Below are positions 56,198 through 64,000 of a stretch of DNA of 64,000 nt, one piece after another. The notes beneath the pieces were generated by a model, which did no database searches, was not told where the DNA came from, and was given only the letters and a program-made list of their open reading frames with translations. The position numbers and the translations under genes are program-made. How positions within the stretch are numbered: the first letter of the stretch is position 1; each line of letters begins with the position of its first letter. The stretch lies in the UHGV virus genome UHGV-0277313; one strand, given 5' to 3'. The stretch is from a virus.

Positions 56198-57301
56198 ATG
56201 AGCATTCGTGTTAACGGTAAAGTGATTGCAAGTAATGGAGATGTTAAAACAGAAACTGATAACCTGGTAACCACTGATACTAATCAGACTATTACCGCAA
56301 CTAAAGTATTCACTGCTGAACAGCAGAAGAAATCAACAGTTATCGATATTACAACACAGCCAGAAAATTACACTTCAAATAACGCTTTTCGTTTTCTAGA
56401 TAAAAACGATCAAATTTCTGGTTATATTGAAAATGGTCAGATGGCTTCTGGCGAAATTACAACAGGGATCCATGCAAAAAATAAAGATGGCTATCAACCT
56501 CATGTAAGTATTTTTGCACCTTTATCAGGTACAACCGGAGCTTATGCAATCGCACCTAGGACACCTGAAGACGCTCCTGATAATGCTATTACTACCATTG
56601 ATTATGTGAAGAATAACTATGTAGATAAGACGAGTAATCAGACGATTTCTGGTGTTAAAACATTCACGGCAAGTAGACCTGTTGAAATTATAGCTGATAC
56701 CAATCAGCAAATAGTTCCTACTACCGACACATCTTGTGTGCTTGGATTATACCGTAATGCTACATATACAAAGGGAGATGGATTTTCGAGTTGGATACAA
56801 GGAGTTCGTGCTTCTAACGGGTTATCAACGAGCGGGATGTATGTAAGACGATTTCTTGAAAGTGATAGTCAGCCAATTGTAAACTATATTTCTGTACAAA
56901 TAACAGCAGATGGAAGCCCTTTTGCCGTTACAAAAACACCCCCTGCTTATTGCGTTAATGAAGAAATAGTAACTGCTGCGTGGTTTAAGCAGTCAAACTG
57001 TAGCGTAAGAACAGTCATAGAAACATATCACAATGGCACTGAATGGTATCGCGTCTGGAGTGATGGCTGGAAAGAACAAGGTGGTGTTGTTTTAACTGGA
57101 AATTCGGCAACCCCCGTAACCGTGACACTTTTAACACCCTTTTCTGACGCAAATTATACTCTTCAAGCTACTTGCAACCCTCTAACAGTACAATGGGCAC
57201 AAATGGTAGATTTGCAGATTGTAAATAAAACTGCAACATCTTTTGGGATAATCGCTAACCCGTCAAACAACAATAACAACTGGTTCGCCTGTGGTTATTA
57301 A
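56198..57301 (+). CDS. tail fiber protein
   Basis: repeated fiber signature NQTITATKVFTAEQ / NQTISGVKTFTASRP; ATG at 56198 with SD aacaggtgtga (GTG at 56192 alternative). Confidence 0.65.
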   Translation: MSIRVNGKVIASNGDVKTETDNLVTTDTNQTITATKVFTAEQQKKSTVIDITTQPENYTSNNAFRFLDKNDQISGYIENGQMASGEITTGIHAKNKDGYQPHVSIFAPLSGTTGAYAIAPRTPEDAPDNAITTIDYVKNNYVDKTSNQTISGVKTFTASRPVEIIADTNQQIVPTTDTSCVLGLYRNATYTKGDGFSSWIQGVRASNGLSTSGMYVRRFLESDSQPIVNYISVQITADGSPFAVTKTPPAYCVNEEIVTAAWFKQSNCSVRTVIETYHNGTEWYRVWSDGWKEQGGVVLTGNSATPVTVTLLTPFSDANYTLQATCNPLTVQWAQMVDLQIVNKTATSFGIIANPSNNNNNWFACGY

Positions 57302-57313
57302 GGAGAGACAACA

Positions 57314-57640
57314 ATGAAACTTTACAAAAACGAAATGACAAATGCGAAATACGCCGACCTTGCTGTTTATTGTAACAAGAATGGCAAAGTCATTGAAGAC
57401 AAAGGTGATTATCTGGAAGCGGTTAATCCTCCTGAACCGGGTATTGAAGAAAAGAAAGCTCAAGTTCGTTCCATCCGTAATCAATACTTGGAACAGACAG
57501 ATAAATTCATGATTACTGACTATCCTATCACTGATGAAGAACGTGAGATTTATAAACAGTATCGTACTTATTTGCGTGATTACACACTGACAGAAAACTG
57601 GTGGGAAAGTAATCCGTTGAAGTTCGAGGAATGGAAATAA
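57314..57640 (+). CDS. hypothetical protein (possible fiber accessory)
   Basis: 108 aa, SD aaggagaga. Confidence 0.5.
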   Translation: MKLYKNEMTNAKYADLAVYCNKNGKVIEDKGDYLEAVNPPEPGIEEKKAQVRSIRNQYLEQTDKFMITDYPITDEEREIYKQYRTYLRDYTLTENWWESNPLKFEEWK

Positions 57641-58500
57641 TTAAACCCTGTTACAATTATAAATTTTGGATTGAACATATGAATAATACTAATACTAATG
57701 CTATTGAAGCAACGTTTAGACACAAAATTCTAGAATCAGTTTTGAATCTTCTAGAAGATACTGATTTATCTTTTGATGCTAACGAACAAAAAGACATCTC
57801 TAAAATGCTAATACAAATGGCTAGTGAAGTTGGCGAACAAGTGCCTGAACAAATACAGGTACTTGCAAATTCAGATGATAGTAATGTTCAGGAATCGAAT
57901 GTTATTGATATTTTGAAATCATTTGCTAAAAAAGTCATTCCGGCATTTTTATTAAGCACAGTATTGTTCAGTCCTTCAGCAAATGCTATGAATATACCGT
58001 CACAAGTATCAATGCAAAGTGGTTATATACAAGGTGTTTATGATATTGATACTAGAGAATATACAACAAAAAAGTGTAATGACATTGCAAATCAATTGAC
58101 GTTAAAATGGAAATCTTCACAAGATAGTGAAGAAATCTTTAAAGATTTAAGTCAATTAAGCGGTTGTGAATTTAGTCCTGTTCAAACAACATTCTTACAA
58201 TCCGAGCTTGATGCTTATGAAAATTTAGCTTCAAAATATATTGATGTAACTATTGAAGTAGTTAAAGATGCACAAACGAATGAGTTAACAGATCAGTTTT
58301 CTGTTGAAATCAATGCATTATCATCAAAAGATTCAGCAACACTTGAGAATGGTTCTTCACACGAAGCTTATGATTTATTAAGTAATAAAATTGTAGGCTT
58401 TAAAGATCATATTACATACGATAATTTTATGAACATGATTAAGTCGTGCGATTCAAAAAAGCTTCAAGATTTAGTTAACAAAAGTATAGAAAATAATTAA
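57631..58500 (+). CDS. hypothetical protein
   Basis: 289 aa ORF; alternative start 57679. Confidence 0.5.
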   Translation: MEIIKPCYNYKFWIEHMNNTNTNAIEATFRHKILESVLNLLEDTDLSFDANEQKDISKMLIQMASEVGEQVPEQIQVLANSDDSNVQESNVIDILKSFAKKVIPAFLLSTVLFSPSANAMNIPSQVSMQSGYIQGVYDIDTREYTTKKCNDIANQLTLKWKSSQDSEEIFKDLSQLSGCEFSPVQTTFLQSELDAYENLASKYIDVTIEVVKDAQTNELTDQFSVEINALSSKDSATLENGSSHEAYDLLSNKIVGFKDHITYDNFMNMIKSCDSKKLQDLVNKSIENN

Positions 58501-58522
58501 TTTTAATTAAAGGTATTTTAAA

Positions 58523-58900
58523 ATGTTTAAAGCAATTAAAGACGAAAAGATTATCGCAGTTAATGAATCAGGTGAATTTCCTTGCATGATTTATGATTCC
58601 GTTGAAGAAGATACTGAACATACACTTTCTGACTATGTTCATTGCAATGGTGAATTCGTTTTGACAACATCTGATCCTGCAATTGCACAATATAAAGAAA
58701 TTAAACGTTCTGAACGTGACGCTATGATTGAAAAATATGAATGGCGTCTATCACGTTATGAACGTCAAAAAGCAATTAATATTGAAACTACAGATTCTGA
58801 AGAAACGTATCTTAATCTGTGTAAATACATTCAGGATTTGAGAGATATCACCAAAAAAGATAAATGGTGGCAACTTGAATTAAAAGAATTTGCAGAATAA
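58523..58900 (+). CDS. hypothetical protein
   Basis: 125 aa, SD aaaggta. Confidence 0.5.
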   Translation: MFKAIKDEKIIAVNESGEFPCMIYDSVEEDTEHTLSDYVHCNGEFVLTTSDPAIAQYKEIKRSERDAMIEKYEWRLSRYERQKAINIETTDSEETYLNLCKYIQDLRDITKKDKWWQLELKEFAE

Positions 58901-58920
58901 AGTTTTAACATATCAATAAA

Positions 58921-58959
58921 AGGCCAGTAGTTAAATTAATTGCTGGTCTTTATTTTTTT
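58921..58959. terminator. bidirectional terminator
   Basis: aggccagtag...ctggtctt hairpin + ttattttttt. Confidence 0.5.
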
Positions 58960-59599
58960 ATATTGTTCTAATCTCGACCCAACCAGACTGTCCTGTTGCA
59001 CCAACGATTGTTGTGGATTGGTTTGTCCCACTCCCACCAGCACCTGGCCCTGTTAATGTTCCATCAACAAGTGAATAACCCCCGTGACCTCCAGCAACCC
59101 AACCGTCACCATTGTTACCTACCGAATTTCTGATTATTCGATAAAACGATCCTTGAACTGTAGCTGCAGCTCCCCCAGCACCATGCCCAATACCACCATT
59201 TCGTTGGCTATCACCACCGCCTCCTCCTGAAATTGACACAAGACCAGATATAGATGAGCCACCACCATTTTGTGCCCATACGTTTCTATTTCCACCAGCA
59301 CTTCCAGCTCCAATGACAATTGACAATACAGTGTTTTTAATTAATTTTATATCACCAATAAATAAACCACTACTACCACCAGATGCAGTTGCTCCACCTC
59401 CACCACCACCAACAACAGTGATACGATAGTTTTGTGATGTTGGGATTGTAAATGAATAGGTTCCTGAATTACGTATAGAAAATAAAACGGTATTTACAGG
59501 AAGAATTTGAAACATTAATGAAGAAGCATGATAAACTTTTCCAATATTTCGACTACCTTTAATGGTGCAAATCAATTTATTTCCTTTATATATTGGCAT
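58958..59599 (-). CDS. glycine-rich structural protein (VVGGGG-motif family)
   Basis: 213 aa; MPIYKGNKL...KVYHASSLMF...RITVVGGGGGGATASGG. Confidence 0.6.
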   Translation of the reverse strand: MPIYKGNKLICTIKGSRNIGKVYHASSLMFQILPVNTVLFSIRNSGTYSFTIPTSQNYRITVVGGGGGGATASGGSSGLFIGDIKLIKNTVLSIVIGAGSAGGNRNVWAQNGGGSSISGLVSISGGGGGDSQRNGGIGHGAGGAAATVQGSFYRIIRNSVGNNGDGWVAGGHGGYSLVDGTLTGPGAGGSGTNQSTTIVGATGQSGWVEIRTI

Positions 59600-59658
59600 A
59601 GTTTAGATGTTCCTTCAAATGATGAATTATAATTAACATATAGTTCAAGAACGTTGAA

Positions 59659-59727
59659 TCGTACGATTGTTTTATAAAATTGAAATTTAAAATGTATCGT
59701 ACGAATCGAAGGTCTTTAAATAAAAGG
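59659..59727. promoter_or_regulatory. pair of TCGTACGA motifs in divergent intergenic region
   Basis: aaTCGTACGAttg at 59659 and aTCGTACGAatcgaaggtctttaaataaaagg at 59697. Confidence 0.45.
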
Positions 59728-59745
59728 ATTGTTAAATTAGGAAAA

Positions 59746-60945
59746 GCAATGTCTAACTATCAATTAACTCAATCGGTCGTTCAAGGTTTACTAAAAGACA
59801 AAAACACAATAATTGATAAATTTAATTCGAATAAAATTGTTTCAATTCAGCAAGATATTAAGTTAGAATTAAATGACGGTACTCTGATTTTAAAAGCTGG
59901 AAGTAAAGTATATATACCTAATGGTAAGAATAGTGATGATAGCAATAAATTTGATGCAGTTACTATTGAGAATGATGTAACTTATTCTGCCGTATATACA
60001 TCGGCCGTTAAATGTTATGCTGTATACGATTATTCAGCAAAAAGATTGCAAATAATTTCTTTAACTGATAATAGATTATCTTATGATTCTACAACAAATA
60101 AAGTAATTCATACAGAAATAACTGATAATGTTTTATCTTTTCCATTTGCTTTAGTAGTAAGAGATACAACTGGTATAGGTAGTGTTAACCAAATCTTCAA
60201 TGGTTTTGGATACATTGGCTCGACTTGTTATATTTTACCAGGTATTACCGGATATATTCCACAAGGATTAAATTCAGACGGAACTTTAATTAATGAAATA
60301 ATCACACAAACAAAAGTGTCTTGTACAACAGTTACTTCATCATGGGGAACTGGTTCAGAATTATTCTTCTTTAATGGCATCGATAGCTATATTCATAGAG
60401 CTTCAAAAAATTGTTTTTATCAAGCAACACAACCTATAGTGAACGATGTTGACAATTATTGGTATAACACTGAAACTGGGAAATTTTATGAAACAAAAAA
60501 TTCTGGATCATCTTGGTCTGAATTTAAAGCTATTCCTGCATTTACGATTACTTTTGATGAAGGGAAGATTACATCTTTAAAATCTTGTGGTGTACATGAA
60601 TTAGTCAATTCAAATGCAACGAATTTATCTGACTATGGAAGACAAGTTATTTCAGGTTTAGGAAAGCCTTCTAGCAAATATATTGATCTGACTGTCGGGG
60701 CTTCTGGAACGACTTATATCGCTCCAATGAATGGCTATCTTTATTGTAGTGGTCATGCCGATGCTTCACCTGCATATATATCAATTGATATTCCAAACTT
60801 ACAATATTGTGGAATAAATGGTGATGAAGGACAGGATTTAACAACAAATCAAATAGCATTAAAAATTGGTGATAAATTTACTCTACGCTATAGTAACACA
60901 ACAATTAATGCTTTTAGGTTTGTTTATGATGAAGGGTGCTCTTAA
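59746..60945 (+). CDS. tail fiber / receptor-binding-like protein, paralog 2
   Basis: N-term MSNYQLTQSV...IKLELNDGTLILKAGSKVYIPNG matches paralogs; ATG 59746 has SD taggaaaag; ORF-track start 59680 would cover the TCGTACGA motif region. Confidence 0.6.
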   Translation, partial: AMSNYQLTQSVVQGLLKDKNTIIDKFNSNKIVSIQQDIKLELNDGTLILKAGSKVYIPNGKNSDDSNKFDAVTIENDVTYSAVYTSAVKCYAVYDYSAKRLQIISLTDNRLSYDSTTNKVIHTEITDNVLSFPFALVVRDTTGIGSVNQIFNGFGYIGSTCYILPGITGYIPQGLNSDGTLINEIITQTKVSCTTVTSSWGTGSELFFFNGIDSYIHRASKNCFYQATQPIVNDVDNYWYNTETGKFYETKNSGSSWSEFKAIPAFTITFDEGKITSLKSCGVHELVNSNATNLSDYGRQVISGLGKPSSKYIDLTVGASGTTYIAPMNGYLYCSGHADASPAYISIDIPNLQYCGINGDEGQDLTTNQIALKIGDKFTLRYSNTTINAFRFVYDEGCS

Positions 60946-61047
60946 ATAGTCTGTCAGGTTGTACAACATTTGATTTAACCAGAACAGAGTTTCACCTTAG
61001 GCAATGCAAGATATGAAACCGTTAATTGTTTTCAAATTTAGAAACCT

Positions 61048-61130
61048 TATAAAATTTTATGATTTTATTTATGTTGAATCATAGAAAATTAAAAATCAAG
61101 ACTTGTTTTAAAAATAATAAGATCCAAAGT
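61048..61130. repeat. ~75 bp imperfect direct repeat, left copy
   Basis: aaattttatgattttatttatgttgaatcatag...tcaagacttgttttaaaaataat vs 63018-63092. Confidence 0.5.
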
Positions 61131-61233
61131 TAACTTTTGAAAAAGAGAATGTTTGTTTTTGAACCATCTCAATTTTTCTATTGATTTTCTTATTCATATC
61201 TTATAATATAATTATATGAAAGGAATAAAGAAG

Positions 61234-61629
61234 ATGCAAAGAATTCAAAAATTGAAATACACCTTGAAACATAAAATTGCTTTTCTTAAAGTTGAAAAGC
61301 AAATCACTGGTCACATTTCATTTAAGGGAATTGTTCATGATTTGGATAAAGTCTTTATGTTCCTTTTTTGTCCTTGGTTGACAACGAAAGAAATTCAAAA
61401 GATTCATCGTCAAAATCAAAAACATCACATTGAAAATGTTTCACAAAAAACAGAAAAGGATTATCTGGAAGCAATCATTGATTGGGAATGTGCAAGATAT
61501 ACAAAGCCGGATAAACCTTTAAATGCTTATGAAACACTTATGAAGTTTTATCCGAATTACAAAGAAGTTTATTTACCTCTTATTTTGCAATATCTTCCGC
61601 AGGAAGTTATCGATTACAAATCAAAATAA
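61234..61629 (+). CDS. hypothetical protein (cargo of repeat-flanked segment)
   Basis: ATG at 61234 with SD ggaataaagaag; ORF track start 61216. Confidence 0.45.
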   Translation: MQRIQKLKYTLKHKIAFLKVEKQITGHISFKGIVHDLDKVFMFLFCPWLTTKEIQKIHRQNQKHHIENVSQKTEKDYLEAIIDWECARYTKPDKPLNAYETLMKFYPNYKEVYLPLILQYLPQEVIDYKSK

Positions 61630-61692
61630 ATTGTAGTGTTTGAGAAAAAGATCAGTTTGAAATTTGCTTCTCACTGATCTCTTTAAAATAGC

Positions 61693-63006
61693 TCAACATT
61701 CTAAACTATTATAAATTTTATATAAATTTACAAAAGATTTAGATGACTTGAGTCTAAAAACTTCAGATTTAAACAAACCCAAAGAACGTCTGTATTTCAC
61801 TCCAGATGTTTTTGCTATATCAAAGAGTTCTTTCCAAGAACTATAAACCCAGCTTGCTGATTCCTTCCATAGGTTGAACAAACTTTCAGCTTTTATAAGT
61901 TCTGGATAAAACCGACCTTTGATATAACGGAAATTCGCACGACGTGCAATTTCCAAACTTGCTGCTATCGGGTCTGGTGCTTCGTTAAGCACATTCCCAA
62001 TGAATGAAGAATAAACTGGATTGACTTCTATGAAGTCTATTTTGTTAAGCAAGCATAGTTTCTTTAAAGCAGAAACCAAGCTATCTCTTTTCCATTTATT
62101 CTTCGTTAATCTATTGAATGATTTACCTTTTCCTGAATTACCAATTTTGAAATTCAAATCTTCAATGCCAAATTTACCAACATGGAAAAATTTGCATTTT
62201 TTGATTATATCTTTCGCAATCTCTTTAAGCTCAAAGATTTGCTTGTTGTTTTGGTGCTTAGAGTCTTTATGAGAAGAAGATTTATGAAAATTTTTGGTAA
62301 AATAGGAAAGGTCATACTGCTCTTTAAGTAATATCTTCCTCTTATCACCAGTCCATTTAGAAATAGAAAATCCAATATAATTTGGATTCATATCAATTGC
62401 GCCAATAACATTTAATTTTCCATTATAATTGGAACAATAGATTTTGAAATCATCGAAAGCAATACAGATTTTATCTAATTTTAATTCAACACTAAAATTA
62501 GATAACTTCTGCTTGACTTGCTCTTCTAAGCTGATTAGTTCATATAAGTAATTCTTATGAAAGATAGGTAACTTCAAATAGATATGTTTAGTTTTAGAAA
62601 ACTTAAAGATAATCTGGTTATTTGAGATATCCAACTTGAATTTACGATTTCCACCTTTTGGCGTTTCACCTTGAGAATAAATCCCTAAAAATCTATTTTC
62701 TTTGAAAATATTTTTATTTAACTTATGTTTTAATCTCTGAAAGAAATTAAATTTACCTCCAAATATAACATTTTCTTTATTTGCTGCAAGCAAATAACTT
62801 GCTTTCTTAATAGCACACTGAATAAACCACGAATCCGAAGGAACATTTGATAAGCTTTTAGAAAGCAATCTAATGTCTTTTTCAGATTTTTCATCTTGAA
62901 AACGGTTATATGCAAATCTTACCATATTAGACGACTTACGAATTTCATCTCTGATGAAGATTCGATCATCGTCTGAACAAGTATAAGGTAAGCTAATTGT
63001 TTTCAA
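61693..63006 (-). mobile_element. divergent TnpB/RuvC-like nuclease lacking the C-terminal zinc finger
   Basis: RuvC-I-like GAIDMNPNYIGFSI, RuvC-II-like KFGIEDLNFK, RuvC-III-like region FIGNVLNEAPDPIAASLEIARRANF; no CxxC pairs; 437 aa. Confidence 0.45.
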
Positions 63007-63017
63007 TTTATAAACCT

Positions 63018-63092
63018 TAGGAAATTTTATAGTTTAATTTATGTTAAATTAGATTTAGTTAGATGTCAAGACTTATTTTAAAAATAATCTCT
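63018..63092. repeat. ~75 bp imperfect direct repeat, right copy
   Basis: aaattttatagtttaatttatgttaaattag...tcaagacttattttaaaaataat. Confidence 0.5.
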
Positions 63093-63234
63093 TTGATTTT
63101 AACTAAGTCTTCTTGAATTGACATTTTAAGATTTCCAACTTCATATTAAAAAGATGGATAGAATTAAGTATAAAAACAAAGGAGAGGCTTAGGATTTTTA
63201 TTTCCTAAGCCTCTTCCTTCATTTTGAAGATTTT

Positions 63235-63390
63235 TTAATAATCTTCGTACCAATCACCTTGGCCATTTACCCGACGATGATAATCTTCGTTGCTTTCGTG
63301 GGATTTCCGTGTTGTGCCTTGTTCCCGTTCCAGCCGTTTGAATCTTTCGTAAGAGCTTTCTTCTTTATCTTCATCATAGGTGTAACTCAT
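63235..63390 (-). CDS. small acidic protein (MSYTYDEDKEESSYERFKRLEREQG...)
   Basis: 51 aa minus-strand ORF with strong SD aaggagaaaag and a downstream hairpin terminator at 63183-63225; the plus-strand ORF 63259-63498 is likely spurious. Confidence 0.4.
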   Translation of the reverse strand: MSYTYDEDKEESSYERFKRLEREQGTTRKSHESNEDYHRRVNGQGDWYEDY

Positions 63391-63716
63391 TTTCTTTTCT
63401 CCTTTTCCTTTCTCCAGGGGAAATCAATTTCCCTTTACATATATAACATAACCTTTTTTGGAGAAGAAATCAAGAACTTTTTTATATTTTTATTATAATT
63501 TTTCTTGATTTCTCTGCAAATCTTCAATTAAACACAGAGAGCTAAATGAAAGCTAACGTTTTAAGTTGAATCGAAATAGTCATTTCGAATTTCATAACAA
63601 ATGAAGATTAAATTAAAAACTTATGCTCTTAAATAATCTGCTAAATCGTACGACAGATTTAATAATAAATATTTAATTTAATGTTCTTTTATTAGTTAAA
63701 ATAAAGGAGCATTAAA

Positions 63717-64000
63717 ATGGTGTCATATACAGTTAAACAAACAGTTGTTGAAAACTTAAATGCAGATCTTGATGGAAAACAACCAGCTGGTGATTATCCT
63801 ACAAATGCTTCTTTAACAGAATCTCTTCAATCCAATCTGTTTAATTATACAACGAACCGAATCCTTGAAATTCCACAAGATATTAAGTTAGAATTAAATG
63901 ACGGTACTCTAACTTTAAAAGCAGGAAGCAAGCTTAGAAGATTAACAGGCGAAGAATATATAGTAAAAAATGATTTTAGCTTAAATACTTCTTATTACGG
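63717..64000 (+). CDS. tail fiber / receptor-binding-like protein, paralog 3 (3' truncated by window)
   Basis: MVSYTVKQTVVENL...NRILEIPQDIKLELNDGTLTLKAGSKL; SD aaaggagc. Confidence 0.55.
   Translation, partial: MVSYTVKQTVVENLNADLDGKQPAGDYPTNASLTESLQSNLFNYTTNRILEIPQDIKLELNDGTLTLKAGSKLRRLTGEEYIVKNDFSLNTSYY

Noticed and set aside
63259-63498. 79-aa plus-strand ORF
   Set aside because: Hydrophobic low-complexity translation with no SD; the antisense small ORF 63235-63390 has a strong SD and terminator and is more plausible.
1-64000. CRISPR array or integrase/att-based prophage boundaries
   Set aside because: No regularly spaced direct repeats with unique spacers and no tyrosine or serine recombinase motifs were seen. 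The repeats present are dispersed paralogous elements.

Overview
AT-rich (~30% GC) window that reads as part of a large virulent tailed-phage genome from a low-GC, sigma70/AGGAGG-type host. Supporting sequence features are TTGACA-N17-TATAAT-like promoters, strong Shine-Dalgarno sites and many rho-independent terminators. Main content, each item supported from the sequence itself: (1) at least 27 small paralogous proteins (~100-155 aa) that all end exactly at their C-terminus with a conserved [DE]-[IVL]-G-x3-[LF]-x2-[IVF] tail, arranged in four tandem arrays; (2) a ~7 kb tRNA/ncRNA island (16.2-23.2 kb) with at least 12 confident tRNAs, an unusual class-II tRNA with a UAU anticodon, partial tRNA duplications and several conserved RNA hairpin motifs, adjacent to a Pnkp-type kinase-phosphatase-ligase (tRNA repair) gene and a Dam-like methyltransferase; (3) a putative nucleic-acid modification module in two loci, with four tandem radical-SAM paralogs, three cysteine-desulfurase-like (aminotransferase class V fold) paralogs lacking the PLP lysine, a PP-loop ATPase (QueC/TtcA-like) and a DEDD exonuclease; (4) two canonical TnpB (IS605 OrfB) RNA-guided-nuclease-like genes plus a third divergent RuvC-like gene flanked by ~75 bp direct repeats; (5) receptor-binding-type cassettes of fiber-like and glycine-rich (VVGGGG motif) paralogs, arranged divergently around intergenic regions carrying the palindromic 8-mer TCGTACGA; (6) accessory genes: ankyrin-repeat protein, M16 metallopeptidase, SPFH/band-7 protein, DUSP-like phosphatase, HD phosphohydrolase. 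Coordinates of RNA genes and regulatory sites were read by eye and may be off by a few nt. Several tRNA-like loci could not be folded confidently.
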